Shown piece after piece: positions 53,001-64,000 of a DNA stretch of 64,000 nucleotides. The first letter of the stretch is position 1, and each line of letters starts with the position of its first letter. Made by a program: the position numbers and the translations under genes. The stretch comes from Trichoplax adhaerens. Taxonomy: Eukaryota > Animalia > Placozoa. Below the pieces are notes generated by a model. The model made no database searches. It saw nothing but the letters and a program-made list of their open reading frames with translations, and was not told the DNA's origin. The stretch covers positions 779,693-843,692 of the forward strand of contig NW_002060953.1 of the NCBI RefSeq assembly GCF_000150275.1, written 5' to 3'.

Positions 53001-55587
53001 TGCTGGCTACTTGTATGTTGTCAACCTTTTGAATTACAGCTTTGAATCCATGGGCTGTAGCCTGTCCTGTAGTTGATGCAAATATCTAAGAAAAAAATGC
53101 GTCAAAGCAGTAATACTTCAGCAATATAACATTTTGCGGAAAATTTACTCTTTAATTTTACTATTAAATGTTACATCGCAAAATGATACACACACGTATT
53201 GCACCAGATTATAGTCACTTCTAATGTTAGGCAATAATCAGTTACTAATCTTCTATTAGTTAAATAGCTTTTTCAATGTTGACAGTATTTTTCGTGCTTA
53301 TTGAATTGCATACTTATATGCGAAACTAATTTATCTTATATGTTACTGTCAAAGTCTAATATATATATACCAATAGTAAGACATTTTATTGGTCAGTTGC
53401 ATAGTAATCATCATACTAATAATCAAAATCTGAATAGAATAGTAATCAAATCAGGCTTTTATCCTTGCTTCTAGCATAATATTAATGAACCACTAGAATT
53501 TAAAAATAAGATTATGCTATGGATAAACGTAATTACAGTATAGACGTTGCGATTTTATTATACTGTATATATGAGTTCGGTTTTAATTATGTGGAATAAA
53601 TGAGCTTAAATGCACATTTTGGATAACTATATAATGGTTAGAGGATTAATTGCAATGAATAAGAAGTAAAAAATTTTTCGACTATACCAGATATGATTGA
53701 AATACTAAGAGTAAATATTTCTAATTACTAATCTGGACCTTGTTGACTAAGATACGCCTGTGAAAACAGCTACGATATTAATTTTGAATATCGTTGATTT
53801 CTGATTAAAATACGATTTTTGAGTTTAAGCACCTATGTGAGAATGTGAAACATTAATAGAAAAATAATAGCGCTTGAGTAGATCGATGACGCACTTTTCC
53901 TCTTTAGTTTTTATGTAGAGGAATTGTTTAGGTTGATAACTGAATTATAATTATGAGAATCTACCCGTAATATCGTAATAAAGTAGGCAGTTAAGAACTG
54001 TAAGCAGGTGTTTACACCATTCGAGTTATGAATACTGTACTTTAAATATTACAATAGAAACTCGTCAGCAATAATTGTATAACTTCCATTCAAAATTTAT
54101 CTTTGATTCTAGATTATTAGTAAAACATATAACTTATATACGACTAAGATAGAGTATCTCGGTCAGATTTATTTTGTTCATGAAATTACATCAATTATGA
54201 TACTATCGCTAGTGGAAATTGTAGTTTAATTACTGGACTATGTCTTTACTGGTATAAATCAACAAATGCCTTCGACCAGTCAACCTAAGTTGCTTCATTT
54301 ATTGTTTGGTTAAGGTGCTTTAAGCAATGTTTTAGTTACATAGCTTATGGTTTAGTTTCTGTATTAATGATAATATTTTAAACCATTTCCGAATTCAGGA
54401 TCTCACATCTGTTGTAATTTCTCAGAAATTGAGAAGAGAACTCACTGATTCTATTTAACAGATATCTAATGGATAAATTTCGAATGGATAGTTACATTAT
54501 AGTTTTTATGGTAATCATAGTGCTGTTGATAGCAATACAAGATGGTGATTGATAACAAGCTAAGCGGGACTGAGTTTTTTGTACCTGATCTGTGAGAACT
54601 GGTGCGTCAAATGCTTCAATAAAACAAATTAATAATTGATTGGAAAGAAGTATTTTCATATTTCAATATTCAGGAGAATAATCTTGTAAAATATAGTAAG
54701 CTAATGTTTTTACTATTAATCTGGGTTTTATTCAAATTACAATAATGTAACAAAAATGATTAAGTAAAGTAGGTTACATGTATTGTAAATGAAAATGATA
54801 TAGTAAACGCTATCTAGGGCAAGGGATTTAGATTATATAATATAATGATTTAAATTTTATTTAATTTGTTTATCGACAAAATTATAATTTATGTCGTAGG
54901 AAGAGCAGTCTTATCCGTAATAAGACTGAAAGTAAGTAATGATATTAACAGTGTAATAACTTACAAGTAAATTAAAATCAAATTTTATCATAATCACGGG
55001 ATTAATATTGCTAAGTAGAATATCGACTTTAATCTTACTTGAAGAAATTCGTTGAATTCAACAGTTCCATTTTTATCCCTGTCGACTTCGTTGATTATTT
55101 GACGCAATTTGAAGCCCGGTATGTCTTCACCTAGTGCTTTCATAACGTTGCCTATTTCTGCACTGGTGATGTGACCATTTTTGTCTATATCGAACTGAAG
55201 TATTAACAAAATTATAAATTAATAAATTAGCTAAAAGATATTAACAACATCTTTTTAAGTTATTTTTTACAGCGATATACTAATCGATAAAAAAATCAGT
55301 TATTATGGCCATCTTATCATACCAGAATACTACAGTTACAGAACGCATTATCACGAAAAAGGTGCTAAATAATATCGGCATCAAATCAATGAAGGAAAAA
55401 TAAGAAATTGATTCGAGTTACAGCAGTATCGTAACTTGCTGTAAGTTCAATTTTTCACTGGATATGGTGAAGAAACGACGAATTCGGCGTTAACTTTAGG
55501 CATAGTGCTATGAATAGGTTTTACCTTATTAAATGAGTTTCGGATTTGCTTAACTATACTTTCGGGGAGTTCAGGAGCTGCAGCCAT
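50077..55587 (-). CDS. PLS: Plastin/fimbrin paralog 2; 11 exons at positions equivalent to paralog 1
   Basis: [21 protein letters not shown]|FDIDKNGHI...[14 protein letters not shown], then [18 protein letters not shown]...[38 protein letters not shown], and [36 protein letters not shown]. Confidence 0.96.
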
Positions 55588-55639
55588 CTTGAGAGTGTAT
55601 TGCAGGTACAGCGTAACAGCACTACAATCAAATTTCAGT

Positions 55640-55868
55640 TGGGAAATGGTGTCGAGTTGGGTTGGTCGCAAAGTTTATATAGCCTGTTTGCATTGACCAA
55701 CTGTACAAAGGCCCAATCCTTCATTCTGCCACAGCATTGTTTTGTAATTTGCAATGGGAAATGGTGTCGAGTTGGGTTGGTCGCAAAGTTTATATAGCCT
55801 GTTTGCATTGACCAACTGTACAAAGGCCCAATCCTTCATTCTGCCACAACATTTTTTTGTAATTTGCA
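55640..55868. repeat. Near-perfect tandem duplication (2 x 114 bp, period 115) of the plastin-2 core promoter
   Basis: 55640-55753 and 55755-55868 differ at 2 positions. Each copy contains a minus-strand TATATAAA and a CCAAT. Confidence 0.95.
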
Positions 55869-57505
55869 GTTGGTTAACATTCTAAGAAACTACGCCAAGA
55901 GCGCCACAGTAACAATTAAGAAATATAACAATGGGTTATATATCATTACAAATAGAACATAATAACCTTGATCGTAATCGCATATAATACTGTATATTAT
56001 TTCTGCTCATCTAATTTGAATTTTATGATATTATTGAATACATAAGGAAAGGGGCAGTAATAGCGTGTACTAGTACTAAATTTCAACATCAAATTTTTCC
56101 ATAGGAGTGTATGGTGTTGATGCGTATGTAATTAGACATCATTATTTAATAATAATTTGTTCTGCATTATCTTCAGGATAATTTGATGATCATGATAATA
56201 CATTAACTATAATGTCTCGTATATTATCCATATTATAATTTTACTTTTTATTAAGGAAATATGCGTTGTATTAAAGTAATATCGCTACAGTATGGTCGTT
56301 GTCCTATAAGTAAGATATCGTTTATTGAATTTTGCACAATGCTTGTTGTTTAGTAGCAGACGTCCAACACGAATTATATATTATAACACGTTATCGGCAT
56401 TGTGAATTACATTTCATTCTTCAATTCTATTTGTGGTCTTTTCTATTATTGGGGAAATGGTAATTTAATGTGCAAGACAATAGAACTGTGTAGATGAATG
56501 TCTCGACACAAGTACGTGTATAAGCACTGTTTTTCCGGCATTAAAATTTCTCAGTAATTAGGCTAAAAATTTATCGTGCCTTACTTTACGTATAACAGGA
56601 AAACCAAAATCATAGATCAACAAAACCACATTCAAGTTTGCTTCATACAGAAAATGCTACAAATATCATTAATTTCATTAAAAGTTATAATCTCTATTTT
56701 GTTAATTTTTCTTTTTATTAAAAACAACCCATCTTCCTTGGATACGGTCAGAGAATAGAAGCAGCCTTCTCATTGGCCGAAATATGACCAGTCTTCCTAT
56801 GCTAGAACTGTAAAAAACACAATATGAATATTACTTTATCTCGTATTGTGGTTGCAATTAGTCATTCTAATGAAATAATTTCGAGATTTGTAACGGAAAT
56901 TTCCAGTGTTGTTCTGGATTAAGTGTAAATGAGGTAAAGAAATAATTATAATCTTTGATATTTTTTATATTTATCCCTTACTGTATGTTAACGCTAAGGT
57001 GTATAAAAAATAGTAATCAATTGATTATTGTCTTCCCTATTTTTGCTTCGTACTTTGTTTCTATATTCAGTCTTCTCAATGCTAGTAAAGAGTAATAATT
57101 TTATTGTAGGGAAATAGGTTCTATAATGAGTTCCAATAATTCTACGTAAGATGGCTGCGCTAAAACTAAGTGGACTGGTGGTGTCAGGATTTATATTTAA
57201 GGGCAAAGATAGTTGTGTGCGATTAAGAAGGATATAAAAGGCTGACACCTTCAGGAGGGACTTGAGTTGATAGCCTGATAAGTAGGGGTGGGGTGCATAT
57301 TTTTAAAATGCCCAGAGCTGTAAGTTGCTAGAATTTTTCAATCAGTTTAAAATTAAAATGAATTGAAAGTGCATACAATGATTCTTAAAAATCATCCAAC
57401 AGAAGTATAAAGCATTGAGGTACCCTTTATGTAGTGGTAACAATAGAGAGTCTCTTGATGGGCAATTGGGCCTTAAGCTGTGGCAGATAGAACGCTTAAC
57501 CTATC

Positions 57506-57650
57506 TTGAAGTTCAAATATGTCATATCGTATTCAGGGATAGCACGAGACTTGGGAAGTTTATCTTACCTTCAGAATACTAGTCTTATATTGAAGTTCAA
57601 ATATGCTATATCATATAGAGGGATAGCACGAGATTTAGGAGGTTTGCTTT
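57506..57650. repeat. Direct repeat, ~84-bp period, 2 copies
   Basis: ttgaagttcaaatatg..atatc.tat..agggatagcacgaga.tt.gga.gttt at about 57506 and 57590. Confidence 0.8.
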
Positions 57651-58046
57651 GCCCTATCGGCGTAGTGACGTAAAATCAGGAAATTTTCAGACGGCGGGTA
57701 ACCGTCAATCATGAACAGAATTGAAAGGGCGATTAAGTGTTGACGTAAAAACAGTGATTATTCCTTACTCAGTTGTTCACTATTGCCTTTGAAAAGTATT
57801 AAATGGACCTATGGCAAATGCAATCATTGTGCTAATGATCAAAATTTTAGTAATCGCTAACGTCTTCAAGAAATGGAAAATATTTGGCTAAAATAGTCCT
57901 TTCCAAGATGAAATGTATATATCATGCATAGCTTTGGGCAGTATTTACGATTTATTTACTATTGGGTCATGTTTACCCGAGCTTGCAACGCCATGTCATA
58001 TAGAATTTGACCATCAGAAGGTAATGAAAAGTTGTATGGTATAAGC

Positions 58047-58415
58047 GTCTATTCAGAAATAATATGTTTAATATCTTTCTGATAGCTATAATTGTCTTTC
58101 TAGCTTCCCCTTCAGATATTAAAGGTACAGTGAACCTAAACAAAATTCTTCCCATAAATATGCTTAATATGAAAACTGACCTAGAATGAATATACGATTC
58201 TTGCAACACTGGAAATGATATTTTATAGTTTAGTTAGAATCATTAAGTTAATAAAGTTGTACAATGTAAGTGTCTATTCAGAATAGGAAATAATGTGTTT
58301 TTGGTATCTTTCTGATAGTTCTGATAGTCTTTCTAACTTCCTGTCAAATATTTATGAGCACACTGAACCAGAAAAAATTCTTCCCGTAAAATATGCTAAA
58401 TACGAAGACAGACCT
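58047..58415. repeat. Degenerate direct repeat, ~135-145 bp, copies ~225 bp apart
   Basis: gtctattcagaa...tatctttctgatag...gtctttcta.cttcc...aaaattcttccc..aaatatgct.aata.gaa.ac.gacct at about 58047 and 58272. Confidence 0.8.
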
Positions 58416-60400
58416 GTTTCTCATATCTGTACATGCAAGTCAGAATTCCGGGCAACGAAAAAATAAATGTGAAGGAAATTCAAAGTATACCTGCTCTAAA
58501 GAGAACCGATTCATTTCAAATTCGTAATCGCAATTAACTGTACATATAAACTACAGGTATGTAATGACCGGTGTGTAGAATTTGAATTTCCGCGAGCTAT
58601 GTTTATGTTCTACCTTAATCCTCCAAAGATTTAATTGATTGCATTTCATACTTGAGTACAAAAATAATTTGAAAAGTAAGAAAAATCTTTAAGCATAATT
58701 TTTAAAGATATTACAGGAAAATTGGGTACGAAAATATAGAATTCTTATAAAAATAATGATATGCTATGCGAAAAATTGGGTTAGGTTCTGGGCATATTGG
58801 TGCACTAAACTGCGAATAAAGACCGCAAACTACATGTTCTATGTTGACTCTCTTAATAAAGAACAGTAAGCTAATGGTATTTATTTTTAAGTGAATTATC
58901 AAAGTGTTGTAATATTGATGATATCAAATGGAAGCAGCTCATACGTGAGATTCTAATCCTGTCATTTTAATGCGTATATCCTATATTTTCAATTCTGAAT
59001 CATATCTTGATAGTACTATACGATACAGTGCTTTCTGCTTCAACTGAATATTGTAGCTTAAGATCCATTATAGAAAGCAATGATGCTTAAGCGTTGTAAA
59101 TTTACTTTCAAGTCCTGTAATATTTATTTATAAAGTTATCAGGAAGTGGCTTTCGTTAACAAATGCGAATTTTCGTAGATATATTGGTAGCGACTAATAA
59201 TACTGCCATCTATGGTGCTTTAGATCTTTTACAGATAATTGCGTAATTTCGCAGTTTTATTAAAGTATTAAGAACCGGTATTTACGTAAATATAAAATGA
59301 ATTGACTAATTTTGCTATAAACTTTGGGTTCAGCTTATTCTAAGAGAGACACATAGCTCATTGTAATCTGACGATTAAGAGTTTTTCGGTATTTAGAGTC
59401 TAGTATTGCTCATTTCTTGTAGTACATTTAATTTCCTCATTACAAATTTTATGTTATGAATATTGTGATTTTGATAATGGCGAGTAGATAAAATCGATTG
59501 GTACGAAATGATTAGACACTGTACAAGTAATACTGTAGAAACTTGACTGCAGGTTCCTGTAGATCACCGTGTTGGAGCTACGCAATACACTATTATCAGA
59601 AATAAGTGACGGAAGAAAATTTGGTAAATACCCCTATCACGGCAGATTTTGTATTATGATGTTCTTAACGATTAATGCTAATTTAAGATTTTTTAATTAA
59701 TGCTAGGACAAAAACCATTCATAACTGGATGATTTACAAAAGATTTTAAGTGATATTTACATTGTTTATCATTATAATACATTAATTTATTAATGAATAT
59801 AATTGATGAAATTTAGTCAGAATATTGAATCTGTGTAGACATTGACTGTTTTGAATATGTACTAAAGCATCGGACAGATATTTGATTACTGTGCTTGAAT
59901 TATAATTACCAGTATGTACGTATCAACAGCATTAAAGTTGCAGCTATTTCATTAGCTTTCATTCTAATGTTAGAATCAAATTACCAAGATATGATCTGAT
60001 ATTCACAAAGTGTAGTTAGAGTCATAAGAAATATATTAGGGACGTAATATTAGATTAAGCATCTCGAATATTAGTTGCGAGATAAGAGAGCCTGAATGCT
60101 GATTAAATATTAGAGACGCAAGATTTAATCAATGATTTGAAAGTAATGGTTTTAACATGAATATTTCTATTATGGTTTTATTCACTATAACGTATTTAAT
60201 GTCATTATTATTACTATGTGCAATTGACTACGACGTCAATTTCTTCGGTAATGTTTACTTAATGTAGATAGAGCAGTTAATAAAATAAATGACCCTTGTT
60301 TGCAGTGCAAAAAAGGGTTAGGCTAGCACAAAGAACTAATAAATGCTATATCACACCTGCCATTACCGTGATCTCTAATTACAATTTTCCTAAAACTGCT

Positions 60401-63400
60401 ATGGTTAAGTTGACCGTAATGGCTGTTCATTACGGTTATTTGATCATGGTAATTTTGCTACCAGTTATATCACAAGTTATTACAGCGTCTGCCATGAAAG
60501 AGGACAATCGCTTAATCTATCAAAATCGATGCCCTAAAGATTGCACTTGCGACAATTATCATGTCCGCTGTAATTCTATTTTGGATTTTTCATTATCTTC
60601 ATTACCTGCAGATGCAAAGATCGTGTAAGTCTTTGAGGCTGGTAAAATTTTTTGTCAGTGATATTTTCTTCACATCTAAATCTTCAGTTATTAAGCGTAT
60701 CAAAATAAGACGTTTATAAAAGTGTATAATGATAAAACTGTGAATTATAAAATGGTATCCCTTTAATGATACGCTTGTGTAAAGATTAGTTAGATAATAT
60801 TAAATTTTACCGTTGTTCCAATACAAACTCATGGAAAGTAGGTTAGTTTTCGTAAGATATTAAAATTATTTAGTCGTGATAGCAATATCACGGTAATTAC
60901 TTTCGATTTGGGTTAGTTTTAAGCGAGTATATACCCAATACTTATACATTGCAGGTGCCGATAAAAGTATTATGAATTCTCATTTTTATTAATCTACTGT
61001 TTGGAAGATTAATTTTAAGAAGCTCTAATATTTTCCGAAGTTCAATAGAAAAGAAAAATTATGACAGTTAATAATTTATGCGTCAAGCTACAACAAGGGA
61101 ACAACACTGTTACCGAAATTTATATTCTTTACGATAATAGGTCATGACAACAATCTTCATGGAAACGTATTCTGACTCCGACTTGCACGAATTTTTAGCT
61201 ATTTTCTAAATGATAATGTTCTGGCGAGATACAATTGCCCCATTATTTTGGTAATTTAGTCAGTTGAAAAACAATTTTTCTCAGTTTCCATTTACTTTGA
61301 ACTGAGGTTAATTGATAAAAATTGCATTAGGGCTATACTATTTCACTTCTCAAGGAAAGTAGCCCGGAAAAATATTTCATTATCTCCTTTAGAACGCCGG
61401 TATTAATTATTGCAAAAATTATAATTTAAGTTTGCGTTGATTCGCATACTCGTTAGCCAGTTATCCGTTCAAATTTTATTTTTGATAATATAATCATCAG
61501 GCGATAAAATATACCATATTATAGATATTAACTTTTACCAATTAAAGTTGCACTGAGAGTATCCATGTTCAATTGCGAGAATGTTACCATAGTTTGACAC
61601 TTAATCAGTAATGTAATATAACCATATTCATTAAAGAGTAATCATTAACGGTGCATTTATTTTACTTGACACCGCTCTCATTACACATTAAATGAATGCG
61701 AATGAACGATGTTGTGCAAAACAACTTTTCCTAGCATACAGTTACAAAAGACCGGAAATTCATTTCGAAGTTCATAGCCTACTGACATTTGATTAAGAAT
61801 GGCTTTCTAGATTTAATTCAATAAATTGCAATCCTCGAGCGCTATTTATGTTAATAGGGGATAGATGTAAAAATTGCTGAATAATTTGCCTGGATTACCT
61901 ACGCTTTGAATCAATATATAGACTTTCAGAAGTGACAACTGCTTACTGAAGGCTTTCATTGATAGATTACGAGCATTTTATTACCTTTAAAAAGGGAATA
62001 TCAGCTAAGATATTTGTACATAAAAAATTCCAATACGATAAGGCAATAGGTTACACTCTTCTTCTTTACTATATTTAAGTCTTTGAGAAGAAAAACATAA
62101 TAATTCTTTTATAACCTTTGCTTATATAGGATTTTCAAAGAAAATTTTCCTTGCGATGCCGATGTTCTAAAATTAATGATGTTATTGAGACTTGCAAAGG
62201 CAAGACCCCTTCGAATTGTAAGTAAATGCAGTCAACGGCAAAATTCACAGGGGTTGGCATTAATTGATCTCAAGCAATTGGACTTTTATCCAAAGTCTCC
62301 ATTTGAATCTCGAGGTAAGAAAATATTTATTATTCTAACAGTCCTAAACATAGAGTATAAGTATTTAATTATTCTAATGGTCCTAAACATAAAGCATGAA
62401 ATACGTACCAAAGATTGCAATAGTAAATATGGTATAGGTACATGAAATCTATTTTTACATACTACATATTTTATGGATATATACAGTGTGTATGATTAAG
62501 ATATAATAGTAGTATTGGTAATAATTCAGTACCAGTATTCAACCCCTAAGCATTTCAGTATTTTACAACATTAGACAGTTTTCTTCATAGACTAAATCTC
62601 GTACCGATGGCTTTCTGTTAGAAAGACTAAAACATAATATACATTCGACTTTTATTCATATTATGATTCTGGATTTATTCACGTTAGCACTCTTTAAGAA
62701 CTATTCACGATGTGCTACATCTTTTAGCATCAATAAAAGATTGAGCGTATTTACTAGTTGGGCACGAGATTATTTGCTTCTACGTACATAAACTACTCTG
62801 TATTAGCGATCGCCAGTGCATGTAAGATAATACGACGGTTATTGCAGATATGCTGTACCTTAAAATTTTTTATCCCGATTTGGCTTTGACTGTACTGTTA
62901 TGCAACAATATCAGACCTAAACGATAAAAATCGAATGTTTTCTAACTGTGTAGTAATGGAAGCTTGGTTAAAAATGGTAAGGTAAATATGAGTTGATGAA
63001 GTTTACTATTCCTTAGGGGTGTTATCTAGAATAAGCTTTTTTACATGCTAGAAAAAATCAATTATTCTACTGCTGGTGAAGCTTCTTTTTAAAAATGCAT
63101 TAACTGTGCTATTCAATACCAGATTTTAAGTAAGCTTTGCATTGCCTTATATGCAGTTACTTATTTGCTTTATCATGAAGGTTTGCGTTTACGACGTGCT
63201 ACTCCTAAAAATCTCTTCATGCAAGCTATAATTCTCGGTACCTGTTTTAGTGGAGGACTTGCACTTGTAATTCTAATTTGTTGGCGTAATCGAATGAAGA
63301 GAAAACTTCTGGATCGAAGTGAGGAAAATTCGACTATTAATAATACAAATGGCGAGAATAATTTGCAAGTATTTCCTTCAACTCCTATAGCGTGCGTCTA

Positions 63401-63954
63401 TAGTGATACTTCTGATCGGACTCAGATTGGTAGGTAGTATTAAAAAGTTGCATCACTCTTTTAGATTTTGCTATTTTATATAGTACGCAAGCATACATTC
63501 GAATGCAAGCTTAAGGAGAGCACTAATTATTGTTATTTAGCTATTGATCCAATTTAACCATTGATAGGTAATTCTAATGCAGCTACATCCACTGACCCAC
63601 TTGCACAACCAGAAGGTAATGCGTCGAGATAGCTTATTGAAATTAATTAATTTACCAATGGAATATGCTTCTCATTGTTATCATCTCCCCTATTCGCTTG
63701 TGTAGCTCCTCCGCTATATCATGGTAAGTGTATAAGCTTAATATGAAAAAAACAATAGTGCTTTTGGTAAATTGCCTACCTTCCTCTACTTCGCAATTCT
63801 AAAATTGGCGGTATGGGTTAAAATAATTTGATTGGTGCAAATTATAATTACAGAGTTTAGGAATTATGAGTCTACTAGCTTTAATCCTGAAATTTCGAAA
63901 ACAGCTTATAAAGAGTCAGGTGAAAAATATTCGAAATTATTGACATGTGTATAA
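60401..63954 (+). CDS. Small type-I membrane protein (~282 aa): SP-LRRNT-LRRCT(reduced)-RLRR-TM-cytoplasmic tail with PPxY and PDZ-type C-terminus; 6 exons
   Basis: Exons 60401-60624, 62130-62314, 63157-63429, 63568-63615, 63706-63723 and 63854-63954 are all GT-AG and total 849 nt, open to TAA. Motifs: CPKDCTCDNYHVRC; FPCDAD...KCSQRQNSQGLALIDL; TM AIILGTCFSGGLALVILICW; APPLYH; KYSKLLTCV*. Confidence 0.8.
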
Positions 63955-64000
63955 CTTAAAAGCTAGAAATGAGTAATATTTTGATTTGGTAGATTACCCT

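Noticed and set aside
57973-58209. 78-aa minus-strand ORF over the 58047/58272 repeat
   Set aside because: The second copy has indels relative to the first and I recognise no protein similarity; non-coding duplication.

Overview
AT-rich, intron-dense animal genomic DNA with many introns of about 70-130 nt and one 50-N gap. The style fits a placozoan such as Trichoplax, but that is my inference and not shown by the sequence. Exon chains spliced by eye give eight genes plus the first coding exon of a ninth running off the left edge: (-) signal-peptide exon; (-) F-box/LRR protein with a ~1,000-aa disordered N-terminus; (-) DNAJC25; (+) MED16; (+) TYSND1 ending in PTS1 'SRL'; then two copies of a head-to-head cassette [plastin/fimbrin (-) | LRRNT-LRRCT type-I membrane protein (+)]. 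Main findings: (1) both membrane proteins begin with an apparently LRR-less LRRNT-LRRCT mini-module followed by a basic convertase-type site, but have very different C-terminal parts (MAM-kringle-SRCR-SRCR-MAM-TM versus TM plus a PPxY micro-exon and PDZ tail); (2) a clear U12-type AT-AC intron in MED16; (3) a near-perfect tandem duplication of the plastin-2 core promoter; (4) a p97-binding-motif-like segment and a zinc ribbon in the F-box protein; (5) several unrelated ~80/160-180-bp minisatellites and TACAG/CTGTA palindromes. I saw no RNA genes, CRISPR arrays or autonomous transposons.
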